Source: Candidatus Thorarchaeota archaeon (GTDB lineage Archaea > Asgardarchaeota > Thorarchaeia > Thorarchaeales > Thorarchaeaceae). Taken from it: a stretch of DNA of 64,000 nucleotides. The stretch covers positions 96,001 to 160,000 of the forward strand of contig CAVSBO010000004.1 of NCBI GenBank assembly GCA_963726195.1, written 5' to 3'. A program made the translations under genes and the position numbers. Positions 20,058-31,399 of this stretch are shown here, piece after piece. The notes below the pieces were generated by a model. It ran no database searches and was not told where the DNA came from. It saw only the letters and a program-made list of their open reading frames with translations. Positions within the stretch are counted from its first letter, which is position 1. Each line of letters starts with the position of its first letter.

Positions 20058-22042
20058 CTAGATTTGATGCCGTGCCGATATTCTGACGACCGAGAGAAAT
20101 GCCAGAGCAGAAGCTCCGCCAATACCGACGAGCAGAATTGCCACCATGGGAGCTGATTGAGCAGAATCTGGTATGTGAGGGTCATGGCCCGTCTGGTATT
20201 CCACTATATTCGTGAGACCATCTCCGTCAGGATCCAATTGTGAATCGTCAACTAGCGGATTGAGGCCATGGGCTACCTCCCAACCATCAGGCATGCCATC
20301 TCCATCCGTGTCGTTGTTATGCGGGTTGGTCCCAAGTGAGTACTCGACGATGTTGATTAGCCCATCATGGTCGGGGTCTTCTCTCGAATCGTCAACAAGA
20401 GGATTGAGGTTGCTGTCGGCCTCCCACCCGTCTGGCATGCCGTCCCCATCCGTGTCATTGTTCTGGGGATTAGTGCCCAGATTGAATTCAGCGATGTTTG
20501 TGAGCCCGTCCTTGTCGGGGTCTTGCTTTGTATCATTGACAAGGGGGTTCAGACCGTATTTGATTTCCCACGCGTCATTCATTCCGTCGTGATCGGTATC
20601 CGCGCTAAATCGGTCTAACCCCAATATCATCTCTTCACCATTCGAGACTCCATCGCCATCGGAGTCGACATCGAACGCATTGTGCCAGAACTCATTGCTG
20701 TCTGTAATGCTGTCTCCTTCAAGGTCTGTGTCGTACGCCAGCACCACATCCACTCTGATTGGATTTACACCTGTGTTGGTTATCCGAAGTGTATGGATTC
20801 CCAGTGTCGTTGTATTGAGGCGTAGTACTGTTGCATTCTCTGCAGACTCGTCACCAGTACTGTCTGAGGCCAGTTCAGAGGAGTTAGGGTCCAACACTGA
20901 GAACCGGAGTCCTGTTCCACCTGACCACGATCCATTGACTTGGACTTGAGTCGGGATTGTCATTTCGAAAGGATAATCGCGGCTCTCACCCGGAGAGATA
21001 TCTGTTGTGTACTTTGAGCATGTCAGCTGACCCTGAACCCGGCTGAGAGTGAATGCAATGCTGGCACCGATGCTAGCGACAGCAATCGCGGCGACCGTGT
21101 AGTTGTACATAGGGTTGTTCCATGTGTCTTGTGGAGTGTGGTAAGCGTTGTCATGCGCACTCCCACTCTCGAAGACGAATATGTTGCGTTTGTACCCCTT
21201 TTGCACGAATGAGTAGTGGTCTGATTGTCTCCAATACTGGAAAGATGATGATGGCGATGGGAGAATGATAGGGGAGGCGAAATCTGCGCTCATGCACCTA
21301 GCTAGCTCAGCCCAGTATCTGGCATCCTGAGGAATTGTTCCACTGCCCACTTGGTAGTTCATGAGTATCCTCTCATCTGCTGGCAGGCCGGAATCCTGCA
21401 CAAGAAGCATATCGACATTGAAGTTCACAAGGACGTCAATCCTCCAGCTGAGAAACATGCTTGACACTTCTCTACTTCCGTAAAGACCCTGTTCTTCGTT
21501 GTTCCACAGGCAGAAGTAGATGTCCAGCGGCCACTCATACTGCGAAAGTACACGCGCCAGTTCAAGGACGGCTGCAACTCCTGAACCATCGTCATTTGCC
21601 CCGGGCGCACCCGGCACCGAATCAAAATGCCCGCCGATTACAATGGAAGGCCCGTTTGCCCCGAGATATCCTGGCAGCTTTCCTATGACAGACTTGTAGG
21701 TTCCAAGAATGCTGACACTGATTCTGCCGCTCGAAAGGCCGACTAGTTCTTGGGTCAGCCACGATATCGCCCGGGTATTTGCATCGGACCCAAAGTATCG
21801 GCTACCGTTTTCTGTGAGCTTGACTATGAACTGCCGATACGAAGTAAGCGAGAACGTTCTCATAGACCGTCTTGGCCAGATTCGTCGCATATACGAGAAC
21901 AACTGGATGCTTCTTGGCCTTGCGTCTCGGGAGATGATGGAGTGATGTTGACGAAACTGGATTCCCCTTGAAGCGTCATGGAGACCAGCGGGCTTAAAAT
22001 GAAGAGGAGTGAGCAGACTGTGAAGACGTACAGCTTCTTCAA
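20058..22042 (-). CDS. Secreted, membrane-anchored M28 peptidase with TSP3-like Ca-binding repeats, frameshift near 21900
   Basis: Signal peptide, GGHFDS, GANDDGSG, NNEEQGL, SDH, YHT..D, DxDGDG repeats, C-terminal TM. Confidence 0.88.
20170..20603 (-). repeat. Three 48-aa (144-bp) DTDGDGMPDGWE...DPDxDGLxNxxE units
   Basis: Visible in the translation and as diverged DNA repeats. Confidence 0.85.
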
Positions 22043-22254
22043 GGAGCGTTCCTTGGCCTCGGAGTGGTTCGCTGCTCTATTGTACTTTCTGATGAGCGCG
22101 GCATATGGTTTCGCGTGTGCAATGGGACCTAGCATCTGCCAGCATTCGACAGAACTTGACTCCGAAGCTCGGCAACCTAAAATTCATGTTGTTTCTACTT
22201 CGATAGAAAAGCGCAGAATGGACTCTTGTCCCGAACAGAAAAGGGGGCAAAAAC

Positions 22255-23926
22255 TTGAGAATAGCACTAGCTCAGGTCGACCCGACCATGGGCGACTTTC
22301 AGGGAAATCTGAGAAAGATTGGCAATCTTGTTGAGGATGCAAAGAAGAATCACGCAGACATTGTGGCTTTCCCGGAATTGGCCGTCTCAGGATATCCCCC
22401 GCAAGATCTGTTGTATGAGCATTCGTTCGTTAAGGCCAACAAGGCTGCAGTTGAGGAACTAGCTGGCAAGACTGATGGAATCGTTGTCATCGTGGGTTTC
22501 GTGGACTTCGATGAAGAATGGCACCTTTACAACTCCGCCGCACTAATACGAAATCATGAAGTGATGGCCGTTGTCCACAAGACGCTTCTTCCAACATACG
22601 ATGTGTTCGATGAAGCTCGTTATTTCCATCCGAACAGCCGCGAATCAATCGCTCCGGTGTTGGTCGAAGTGGGCAAAGCTTCTATCAAACTCGGAGTAGA
22701 GATTTGCGAAGACCTGTGGGACCATGACTACGACACAAAGGTAACTGACATACTCGCTGAGCGAGGCGCCCAGCTCGTGATCAACATCTCCGCTTCACCT
22801 TTCTACGTTGGCAAGCGGTTCGAACGTGAAGCGTTGTTGAAAGAGAAGGCAATGAAAAACAAGATACCGATGTTCCTTGTCAATCTGGTTGGCGGGCAAG
22901 ACGAGCTCGTTTTTGACGGTCAGAGCCTCGTCGTTGACGCGACAGGAGAGACAGTAGCTGCAGGAGCACCGTTCAAGGAGGACCTGCTCTTGGTCGACTT
23001 CTATCCCGGCAAGCGTATCTCGAAGAAGACCGCACTACCAGAGTATGACAAGGACGAAGAGATACTCAATTGTCTAGTGTTAGGGATTCGTGACTACTTC
23101 TTGAAGACAGGTTTCCAGAGAGCAGTTCTCGGTCTCAGCGGAGGCATCGATTCATCTGTAACAGCTTGCATCGCAGTGGAGGCCCTCGGTTCAAAGAATG
23201 TGATTGGCTTCTCCATGCCGTCCAAGTTTTCGAGTTCTCACAGCAGAACAGATGCCGAGCAGCTGAGCTCAGAATCTGGGCATACGTTTGGTCAAGTTCC
23301 CAATTCAAGACATAGTGGACTCATATCACCGTACTCTAGAGCGTCCCTTGAGTGAAGTCAGGGCTTTATTCGGGCTCGGTGTGGACAAAGATGATTCTGT
23401 AGCTGATGAGAACCTTCAGCCAAGGGCGAGAGGCAATTGCCTAATGGATTTCTCGAACCGGCTGAAGGATCTGAAGATACTCGTTTTGAACACAGGGAAC
23501 AAGACAGAGCTTGCCTTAGGATACTGCACACTCTATGGAGACATGAGTGGGGGAGTGGGCGCTCTCGGCGACGTAAGTAAACTCCAAGTGTTCAGGCTCG
23601 CAGACTACGTAAACCGCAGGGCCGGTCGAGAGATTATCCCAAAGAGCATTCTGACCAAGACGCCTTCACCTGAGCTCAGAGACGACCAGTTTGACCCATT
23701 CGACTTCTCCGTTGTTAGCCCCCTGGTCGATGAGGTAGTTGAGAACCGACGGAGCAGACAGGAATTGATTGAGATGGGTTACCCTCCTTCTGCTGTTGAG
23801 GACGTTTACACTCGAATTAGAAGAGCAGAGTATAAGCGATTCCAAGCTCCTCCGTGCATCAAGATCACCCGGAAAGCTTTCGGAACCGGATGGAAAATGC
23901 CCATTGTGAACCGTTACCGTGGATAA
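22255..23926 (+). CDS. nadE: Glutamine-dependent NAD+ synthetase, frameshift near 23270
   Basis: Nitrilase domain (FPEL, K..LP.YDVFDE, EICEDLW) plus GLSGGIDS, ENLQPRARG, TGNKTE, YCTLYGD. Confidence 0.95.
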
Positions 23927-24140
23927 GCCAATTGCAGGCATATGCTATCTTCGCAGCTGTATCGGACTGCCTCGAACTTAGGCAGAGACGAGTGAATTGC
24001 ATTCAGGTGCGACAGTCGGGTTTTGACACTCCAAGAGGTCTATGCAGAACCGACGCAGCGGTAACCGAAAGTCAAGCGGGCCTAGGGTTTTTATGTGTCC
24101 TGTCTCATGAAAATCCTTGTATCGAGGGGCCGTGTTGTCA

Positions 24141-26366
24141 GTGAAAGACAGCAGAAAAGCAACAATCACTTTCGCTTTTGTTCTTCTTCTCGGCTGCGTG
24201 CTCCAAATGGGCTGTTCCATGGTGCCGGGAAACGAGAACGTTTCCAGAGTGAATACTGCAATAAACAGTGCGCAACCAGTTCTGATCCAGAGTGACAACG
24301 ATTTCATCACTCAGGGTTGGCCTGGTAATGGAAGCTCAGTAAACCCCTATGTTATTCAAGGGTTGCACTTTCAAAGCACACAGCGGCCCTGTGTAAACAT
24401 CTCCAATGTCGAGAGCTACTTTGTAATCAGAGACTGTTCATTTGTTGTTAACTTGACCGAGGGGTATCCTATTTCCGTGAGCTTGTTGAAAGTCAAGCAA
24501 TTCCTGATTGCCAACAGTACATTCAATCAGGGTTTCATTTTTGTACGCAATTCCACAACTTGTGTCTTCAAGGGAAATAACCTGACCTCGAACGTGCCAA
24601 TAGAGGCTTGGTTCTGCAATCACATTGAGCTGACGGACAATCACATTGCCTTCTCCAACCAGCCTATCCAGGTATTGGATTGCGGAAACCTGAGTGCATG
24701 TGGAAACGAGATAGTCGGCGATGGGTATGTCTTTGCCGACTTCAGGAATGCATTTGAATTTGCACACAACAGCGTTTCTGGCGATTTATATTTTAGTCTG
24801 AACGCCGCTTTCGTGAATATCTCCGGAAATGCGTTCGCGAAGGCTCTAGTGACTAGTGTTGAAAATCGCATTGATGTTTCTTCGCCCACCATAATCGTAT
24901 CTCACAACAACTTCACAACCGGAGGCATTCTATTCAGTCGAGATAGGTCTCCGTACGTCAGGGGTCTATTCGACCTGAGCGGCAACTATATGGCGGGTCG
25001 GCTGATTCCATTCCTGAAAGGGCTTCACTCTCAGGCCATTGATTGCTACAGCTATCCAGAAGTTATCGCATATGACTGTGCTGACATCATCTTGTCAAGA
25101 GCACTATTCTCTGAGGCGGCCACGGCAATCGCGGTTCTTGGCTGCAAGAATGTCACTGTCGTTAATGTCTATCCGGGAGGATGCAGTACGGGAATCTTCT
25201 TCCAGGATTGTTACGGATGCACTGTGATGGATTCCCAAACGATGCAATGTGGCACTGGCATAGTCGTGACGAACTGCAGCATATCACGCATATTTCGGTG
25301 TTACCTTCAAGATGGGGGTACAGGGATCTTCCTGCGTAACGCAGACAACGCAACAATCGTTTTCAACACGATGGATGGCAACGATTATGGAATAATGATT
25401 GAGTTCTCCAGTGGACTGCTTGTCTATGGGAACACCTTTGTGGGAAATAGGCAGAGCGTTTTCTACTACTTCTATGCCTCACCCTTCGATAGATGGGACA
25501 ACGGCAACGGAGAGGGCAACGCTTGGAGTGACTACTTTGGAGTCGGGCCATACATAGTGTCGATTATGCCTGGCTGGACTCTTGCCGACCACTATCCAAT
25601 GTCAACACTTGCTCAGGATGCCACACCGATAGCATTCGTCAGAACAGTGGTCCTCATGGTCTCCGCGTTGGTTGTGTGTGTGGTCTGTGCTTGCAGGACA
25701 AGTGGGAGAGGAAAGGGTGCTCTTGCCAAAGCAATGACTTCCCGGAACAACCGGCTGTTGATGGTTTCGCTTGTTTGGCTGCTTGTCCCGCCGTTCGTCC
25801 TCATGATTGAGTTCAGTGACTACATTGGCACAACGGTAGTACTGGGCTCGATGTCATACACTATTTGGTATGATCTTGGTTCGGTCTATGCTTCGCCCAC
25901 TTTCTTCACACTCTCCGGGTACAACTTGTACTCCGTTACTTTTCTGATGCAGATTCTGTGCATCGTCCTTCTATTCGCCCTAGTTGGAATTGCGTGGAAT
26001 GACAAGAGGAGAGGGCAGCACAGGAGGCTAGTCTCTAATCCCATTCTATGGACCGCCGCTGTCTACGCCTTCTTTGCGCTGTTCTTGCGTGGCACTCCAT
26101 ACGATATGTGGTTCAACCCACTTGGAATACCGATACCAATCTCGCCCATCTTGGTTTTCCTGTCCCTTCGTTACGTGGTCCTAGAGGAACCTCATCCGGT
26201 GAAAGACGAATTCAGACTGACAACGGACACGGCGACGCGATGTCCATACTGCGGCGCATCCTACGTCTATCCAAAGGATCGAGTGGCTACTGACGGGACA
26301 GTGCAATGTCAAAACTGTGCAAAGAGGTTTCAGCCGGGTGGCGGATCCGAATCACAGGAGTTGTAG
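24141..26366 (+). CDS. NosD/CASH beta-helix surface protein with multi-TM region and C-terminal Zn ribbon
   Basis: GWPGNGSSVNPYVI, GI-repeat beta-helix, GNAWSDY, TM helices, CPYCG...CQNC. Confidence 0.8.
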   Translation: MKDSRKATITFAFVLLLGCVLQMGCSMVPGNENVSRVNTAINSAQPVLIQSDNDFITQGWPGNGSSVNPYVIQGLHFQSTQRPCVNISNVESYFVIRDCSFVVNLTEGYPISVSLLKVKQFLIANSTFNQGFIFVRNSTTCVFKGNNLTSNVPIEAWFCNHIELTDNHIAFSNQPIQVLDCGNLSACGNEIVGDGYVFADFRNAFEFAHNSVSGDLYFSLNAAFVNISGNAFAKALVTSVENRIDVSSPTIIVSHNNFTTGGILFSRDRSPYVRGLFDLSGNYMAGRLIPFLKGLHSQAIDCYSYPEVIAYDCADIILSRALFSEAATAIAVLGCKNVTVVNVYPGGCSTGIFFQDCYGCTVMDSQTMQCGTGIVVTNCSISRIFRCYLQDGGTGIFLRNADNATIVFNTMDGNDYGIMIEFSSGLLVYGNTFVGNRQSVFYYFYASPFDRWDNGNGEGNAWSDYFGVGPYIVSIMPGWTLADHYPMSTLAQDATPIAFVRTVVLMVSALVVCVVCACRTSGRGKGALAKAMTSRNNRLLMVSLVWLLVPPFVLMIEFSDYIGTTVVLGSMSYTIWYDLGSVYASPTFFTLSGYNLYSVTFLMQILCIVLLFALVGIAWNDKRRGQHRRLVSNPILWTAAVYAFFALFLRGTPYDMWFNPLGIPIPISPILVFLSLRYVVLEEPHPVKDEFRLTTDTATRCPYCGASYVYPKDRVATDGTVQCQNCAKRFQPGGGSESQEL

Positions 26367-26443
26367 TCAAGTTGGACCTTCAGGCTCGGGGATTGCTGAC
26401 AGTAATGCTGCTCTGTGACCGGTTGCAGTAGTCCTCGCATATT

Positions 26444-27233
26444 CTAGCCGGGATGCCACAAAGCCACGGTTGCGAGACCCGCATCGATTACAGCATCCAG
26501 TCCCGAGAAGAATGCAGGCTCCATCTTTTCCGAGTCAAAGGGTCCTATTCCCGTCGCAGGCAGGTCCGAGATGCAATTGAGGGATGCCGATGGGATCGCC
26601 GCCTTGGTTGAAATCCCAAGTATTACGGAACTCTCCATATCTACAGCCGTTGCTCCCTTGGCAATCCAGCCCTCGAGGAGTTCCTTGGTTTGTCCTAGGA
26701 GAATATCCGTAGTCCAAATCGCTCCCGCATGTACTGAGAGCCCGCGCTTCTCTGCCTGCCCACCTACATACTTGCTCAGTTCGAAATCGCTGGCGACCTG
26801 TGTCTCCAATCCGAAGTACGCCGACCCGCAGCCATCACCGACAAGCGCCTCATTGGCAACAAAGGCATCTCCCACTTTCTGTGAAGGTCCAAGTCCCCCG
26901 CAGACATCGCCACGGACGACGAGAATGGGTTTCGTTCTCACGACAGCCTCCATCACCATTGCGGGCAGAAGGCGTCCCCATGCCCGTGTCGACTATTCCA
27001 ACCTGACTATCCATATAGACCCCGGTCGTCACCCTACCGTGCGAACGTGCATGTTTCAGTCTCCCACACGCCTTCTTCAAGATGAAAGAAGTAGCCACGA
27101 GTAGTAACCTCTTTGGGACAGAGTCTGCGTTCGTATCCAAAAGCCCGCGCACTATCCTCTCATCACCGTCCATGTTGCTGAGGACTCGAGATGCAATCCC
27201 AGCGATTACTTTGTCCTTCGTCTTGGTTTTCAC
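26444..27233 (-). CDS. Nucleoside phosphorylase (NP-I) family, frameshift near 26965
   Basis: TGMGTPSA, VCGGL, WTTD, AVDMESS, ISD. Confidence 0.8.
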
Positions 27234-27293
27234 AAGATGCACGTCCCAGAGCGGTCGATTCATTCAACATTCACACACGAATGCAATAGAAAA

Positions 27294-27680
27294 CTACCAG
27301 CCTTGTGGCGTCTGCGGCAACGGTATCTCCGCCGTGTAGTTCTTGCCGCATTCGCAGGTCAGTTTCACAGACCAACGCTTTGGTGTTGGAACATTGAACT
27401 CTCTCACGACATCAGCCAAGTTCCTTTTGATTCCGTCAATCAGCTTGACGTAGGCAGCGCCCAGTTGTTGAAGCTCGTTTGGAAAATCCAAGTCTGACAT
27501 AAAGTACCTGTACGAATCTCTGCATTCGGGACAAGCTGTGGCCATGACGCTTGTCCTGTCACCGCATTTCTCACATACAACCTCAATCGAGTCCATCTTG
27601 GGAGCTAGCGGGATCTCAAGGGTGGTATCATTTCTCTGGCCGCATTTGTGGCAGAAGTAGCTAAACGCGAATTTCGGCAT
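27294..27680 (-). CDS. Multi-zinc-finger hypothetical protein
   Basis: CHKC, CEKC, CPEC, CEC. Confidence 0.75.
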   Translation of the reverse strand: MPKFAFSYFCHKCGQRNDTTLEIPLAPKMDSIEVVCEKCGDRTSVMATACPECRDSYRYFMSDLDFPNELQQLGAAYVKLIDGIKRNLADVVREFNVPTPKRWSVKLTCECGKNYTAEIPLPQTPQGW

Positions 27681-27941
27681 TCTGAGACCTCGGGAACTCG
27701 TTCGCTATCACAGCTTGTGACGCTAAAAGCATGTCTGATGCAACAGTCAGTGGTAATTCGCCTCAGCTCTATCAAGACTGCTCTTCTCGCTCCAGCGATT
27801 GAGTGGGATCTGGCTTTCTGGGCTGTTGAGAATCACATGTCACTGCCTCTTCATGTTGAGGCTCTCCCGGAAGTCAGCCTAATCGTATTCTATTCACTAC
27901 CCGGCTGGATTTATATCGTGACTCAGTATTGGGCGGTCATC

Positions 27942-28667
27942 ATGAGTGAGAGCGATATCCTGAAACTCATCCAGCAGAGGCAATCTGCTCGACTTCCCTT
28001 TGATCCGAACCGGCAGGTCTCCAAAGAGGACCTAAAGAAGATTCTAGAAGCGGGTAGGTGGGCGCCCACAGCTCACAATATGCAGAACTACGAAGTTCTT
28101 GTCGTTGATGACAAGAAGGTTCTGGAAAAGATAGGGAACATCAAATCTCGCATCTCCGTAGAGTTCTTGCGCGAGAACTATGAACAGCTCTCGTTCTCGG
28201 AAGAGGAGTTACGTAAGAAGAAGGTCGGAATCCTCGGTACACAGTTTCCGCCAGCGTGGAGAGACCCTGCCAAGATGGAAGAAGTCGCACGCAAAAGCGA
28301 GCCTTCGCCACTCACCCAAAGGATTGGTAATAGTCCGATGCTTCTGATTGTGATTTACGATTCCAAGAAGAGAGCGCCTGCTTCGGAAGGCGATGTCTTG
28401 GGTTTCATGAGCCTCGGTTGTGTCATGCAGAACATGTGGCTCATGGCACAGTCATTAGGAATTAGTCTTCAGATACTGAGCGCCTTCAGCGCATATCCTG
28501 TAGCGAAGGAGGTGAAGCGAATTCTCGGCATCCCTGAGCACATGAACATCGCATTTACTCTTCGCCTCGGGTACCCTGCTTCTCAGCCAGCTAAGTACCT
28601 GAGAGTTAGAAGAGATGTGGGAGAATTCACCCACCACAATCAGTATCAGAACACGGGCATTGACTGA
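27942..28667 (+). CDS. Nitroreductase family protein
   Basis: IQQRQSAR, ILEAGRWAPTAHNMQ, QNMWLMAQSLG, LGYP. Confidence 0.9.
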   Translation: MSESDILKLIQQRQSARLPFDPNRQVSKEDLKKILEAGRWAPTAHNMQNYEVLVVDDKKVLEKIGNIKSRISVEFLRENYEQLSFSEEELRKKKVGILGTQFPPAWRDPAKMEEVARKSEPSPLTQRIGNSPMLLIVIYDSKKRAPASEGDVLGFMSLGCVMQNMWLMAQSLGISLQILSAFSAYPVAKEVKRILGIPEHMNIAFTLRLGYPASQPAKYLRVRRDVGEFTHHNQYQNTGID

Positions 28668-28783
28668 CCAAGCCGTGCTTTACTGGCCGATTACTCGTTT
28701 GCCCTCAAAGGCTGTCCTATGATGAGCATGACCAGTGCCGCCCTGAGTCTTATATGGACGTGTGAATCTGATTGTACGCAACC

Positions 28784-29449
28784 ATGCAGGAGGATCCGGC
28801 GGCAAGGGCAATCTTCGACAAGCTCAAACAAGAGATGGGTGAGTACTCCATTATACTTGAGACCCACGATCGTCTGACGCGTGCTCTGGGAGCTCCGCTG
28901 GGTGTCCTATTAACGGGAATATGGATACTAAGGCTTCCCATTGACAGGTTCTTCCAGATTGCGCTTGTCAGTACCTGCATGATTGCGACTTTGTTTGCCT
29001 GCATAAGGAACTCCGCCAAATCGACATTCACACGTAGAGATGGGCAGGATGTCTTTACCTACCAGAAAAGGGGTGTGTCTTGGGGTTTTCTTGTAAGCGG
29101 CCTGTTGGGAGAGGCAGTCGTTTTCACCGCTCTGGACTTCCTAACAGTGAACGGCATGCCTGATTCTCCGTCCGTTAGCGTAGGCGTTGCGCTCTTTGCC
29201 GTTGCAGTGACTGTGTTGATTGTTCCTGTGACACCTCTGCTCGCTAACTTGCAGAAGGTGGGATTTCTCAAGACGTCGCTCGAAGTTGTGATTAGCACAA
29301 ACGGCGAACGAGCGGCCCGCTCATCACTTCATGTTTGTTCTGCGGACCAATTTGCGCCCAATCGAGCAGAACAAGACGAGATCATACGGAGATTGGATGC
29401 TGCCTTTTCCGGGCTGACCCACGATACTCTGTCGTCTGGCGGAACATGA
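28784..29449 (+). CDS. Hypothetical 4-TM membrane protein
   Basis: Hydrophobic segments; ttatat promoter-like box upstream. Confidence 0.6.
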   Translation: MQEDPAARAIFDKLKQEMGEYSIILETHDRLTRALGAPLGVLLTGIWILRLPIDRFFQIALVSTCMIATLFACIRNSAKSTFTRRDGQDVFTYQKRGVSWGFLVSGLLGEAVVFTALDFLTVNGMPDSPSVSVGVALFAVAVTVLIVPVTPLLANLQKVGFLKTSLEVVISTNGERAARSSLHVCSADQFAPNRAEQDEIIRRLDAAFSGLTHDTLSSGGT

Positions 29450-29530
29450 ATCGGACTTAGTAGCTGATTGTCATTTCACCCCACGGTCGAACTCGAAGAA
29501 GGATGATGGTGAGAAAGCAGTCGCGAGCAC

Positions 29531-30796
29531 CTAAATGACATCAAAGACGATTTCCCAGAAGTCGTGCTCCGAGACCCCTGTGCGCAGTGCTTTAGTCTTA
29601 GCCTTGATTTCATCGAAAGTCTCAAGCGTCTGGCGTTTCTTTTGCTCTTCCTCAGTTGCCTTTACCCGATCGGTGATTTCCTTGAGCTGTTCTGGTGTAG
29701 CTTGAACACCGCCCATCTTCAGAAGATACTCTATGAAGTGACGGCCCGTGAACTTTCCCAGATGAAACTCTCTCCTCCGTCCGACGGTCAGCGGGTTAAT
29801 CGGCTCGTAGGTCATCGAATGAGTTAGCTGACCGTGGGAGTGGATGCCGCTTGAGTGTGTAAAGGCGTTCTCCCCTGTGATGGCCTTGTGTAGCGGTAAC
29901 GGAATGACGAAGCATTTCTCGACGAGTCTTGAAAGACTGTATATCTTCTCCTTGGTTATGCCGGTGCCTACGCCGTACAGCTCTTCGAGGCACATTACGA
30001 CCTCCTCGAATGCAGCATTCCCTGCTCTCTCACCATACCCATTGACGCATACGTGCGGATAGGTGGCTCCCTCTTCAATGGCAGCGAGGGTATTGGCTGT
30101 TGCCAAACCGAAGTCGTTGTGGCAATGGACCGAGATTGGCACCTTGTACTTTGATTTGGTCCAAAGTCTGGCCTTGATTTCGCGCATGATGAACCTCATG
30201 ACTTCTGGTCGGACGAAACCCACTGTGTCTGCTACGCAGATCTTGTCAGCACCAGCATCGATAGCGGTCCGGTAAGCTTGACAAAGAAACTCCATGTCGC
30301 TTCTTGTGGAGTCCTCAGCAATGTAGTCTATTGTGAGACCGTGTGACTTACCATACTCAATGCACTCAACCAGTCGTTCAAGCATCTGTTCTCTTGTCAT
30401 TCGAAGCTGATACTTGAGCCTGAAGTCCGATGTGGCGATGAATATGGGCACTTCCTTCACTCCGGCATCTATGCAGTCATCGATGTCGGATATGACAGCA
30501 CGAGCAGGAGCCCCAATGCTCGCATGACTGAATCCTTCACGAGCAACTGCTGTGACAGCTTGCTTCTCGTTCTCGCTTACTGCCGGAAAGCCCACAACGA
30601 CTATTGCGGCGCCTATGTCGTCAAGCATCTTTGCAATCTCAATCTTCTCATCCACAGTCAACGCAACGCCTGGGGTCTGTTCGCCGTCCCTCAGCGTCTC
30701 ATCCCAGATGAACACTCGGGAGGGAAGGCTTTGGTGCTTGGTCTCACTTCGCGTGTTGTAGTCAACTGCCAATCCGGCTTTGACAAGGGATTCCAT
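29531..30796 (-). CDS. Homocitrate/2-isopropylmalate synthase family (DRE-TIM), no regulatory domain
   Basis: DETLRDGEQTPG, HCHNDFGLA, GERAGNA, HSSGIH. Confidence 0.9.
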   Translation of the reverse strand: MESLVKAGLAVDYNTRSETKHQSLPSRVFIWDETLRDGEQTPGVALTVDEKIEIAKMLDDIGAAIVVVGFPAVSENEKQAVTAVAREGFSHASIGAPARAVISDIDDCIDAGVKEVPIFIATSDFRLKYQLRMTREQMLERLVECIEYGKSHGLTIDYIAEDSTRSDMEFLCQAYRTAIDAGADKICVADTVGFVRPEVMRFIMREIKARLWTKSKYKVPISVHCHNDFGLATANTLAAIEEGATYPHVCVNGYGERAGNAAFEEVVMCLEELYGVGTGITKEKIYSLSRLVEKCFVIPLPLHKAITGENAFTHSSGIHSHGQLTHSMTYEPINPLTVGRRREFHLGKFTGRHFIEYLLKMGGVQATPEQLKEITDRVKATEEEQKKRQTLETFDEIKAKTKALRTGVSEHDFWEIVFDVI

Positions 30797-30842
30797 AATG
30801 CATCTGCCTGCCTGATTCGCCGCTGTGTAAGATTTCTTGGTC

Positions 30843-31399
30843 TTACTCGAAGCGATAACGGCCCGTTCTTGGGAGCTTGGCCATGCTCTGTTCGAGCATA
30901 TCTCTTTGTTTATTGTACTCCGCCTGCGTAATCTCACCCTTTTCAGAAGACGACTTTGCTCTGTCAAGCTTGTACTGCAGCTTTGCTCTCTCAAGATACG
31001 CGTCCCTGAGTGATGACACTAGGACAGGCTTGGCTCCTGCTTTCTGGCCTATGCCGGTGAGCAACGGTGTATAGCAGATCTCCTCAATATGGAAGGCGTA
31101 CTCTAGGCCGCGCTGGAGGATCCTGTTCCAGAGCGGGCACGACTTGATTTCAATCTCCTTACCTTTCTGGTCCACCTCAAGTCCAATCGCCCTGAGTGTC
31201 TCTGCAGCTGTGCGTGCAGCACCTTCGGGTCCCTTGGCTGCAGCTTTTCGGCCGCCTCTTGTCCCAACTGCTTGAAACCACCGATGTAGCCTTCGTACAT
31301 CGAGAGAGCGCCGACTGTATTCCTGAGTGACCACCAGAGACCGTCCAAGAACGCTATGAACCCATTTCTGAGTATCTCAAGCTCGCTCATGTCGTTCAC
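30843..31399 (-). CDS. Hypothetical protein, possible V4R/TRAPP-like fold, frameshift near 31245
   Basis: ORFs 31103-31399 and 30843-31334 joined; helical N-terminus, IKSCPL, EEIC. Confidence 0.55.

Noticed and set aside
20170-20603. DNA repeats as a CRISPR array
   Set aside because: They are in-frame coding repeats with no repeat-spacer structure and no cas genes.
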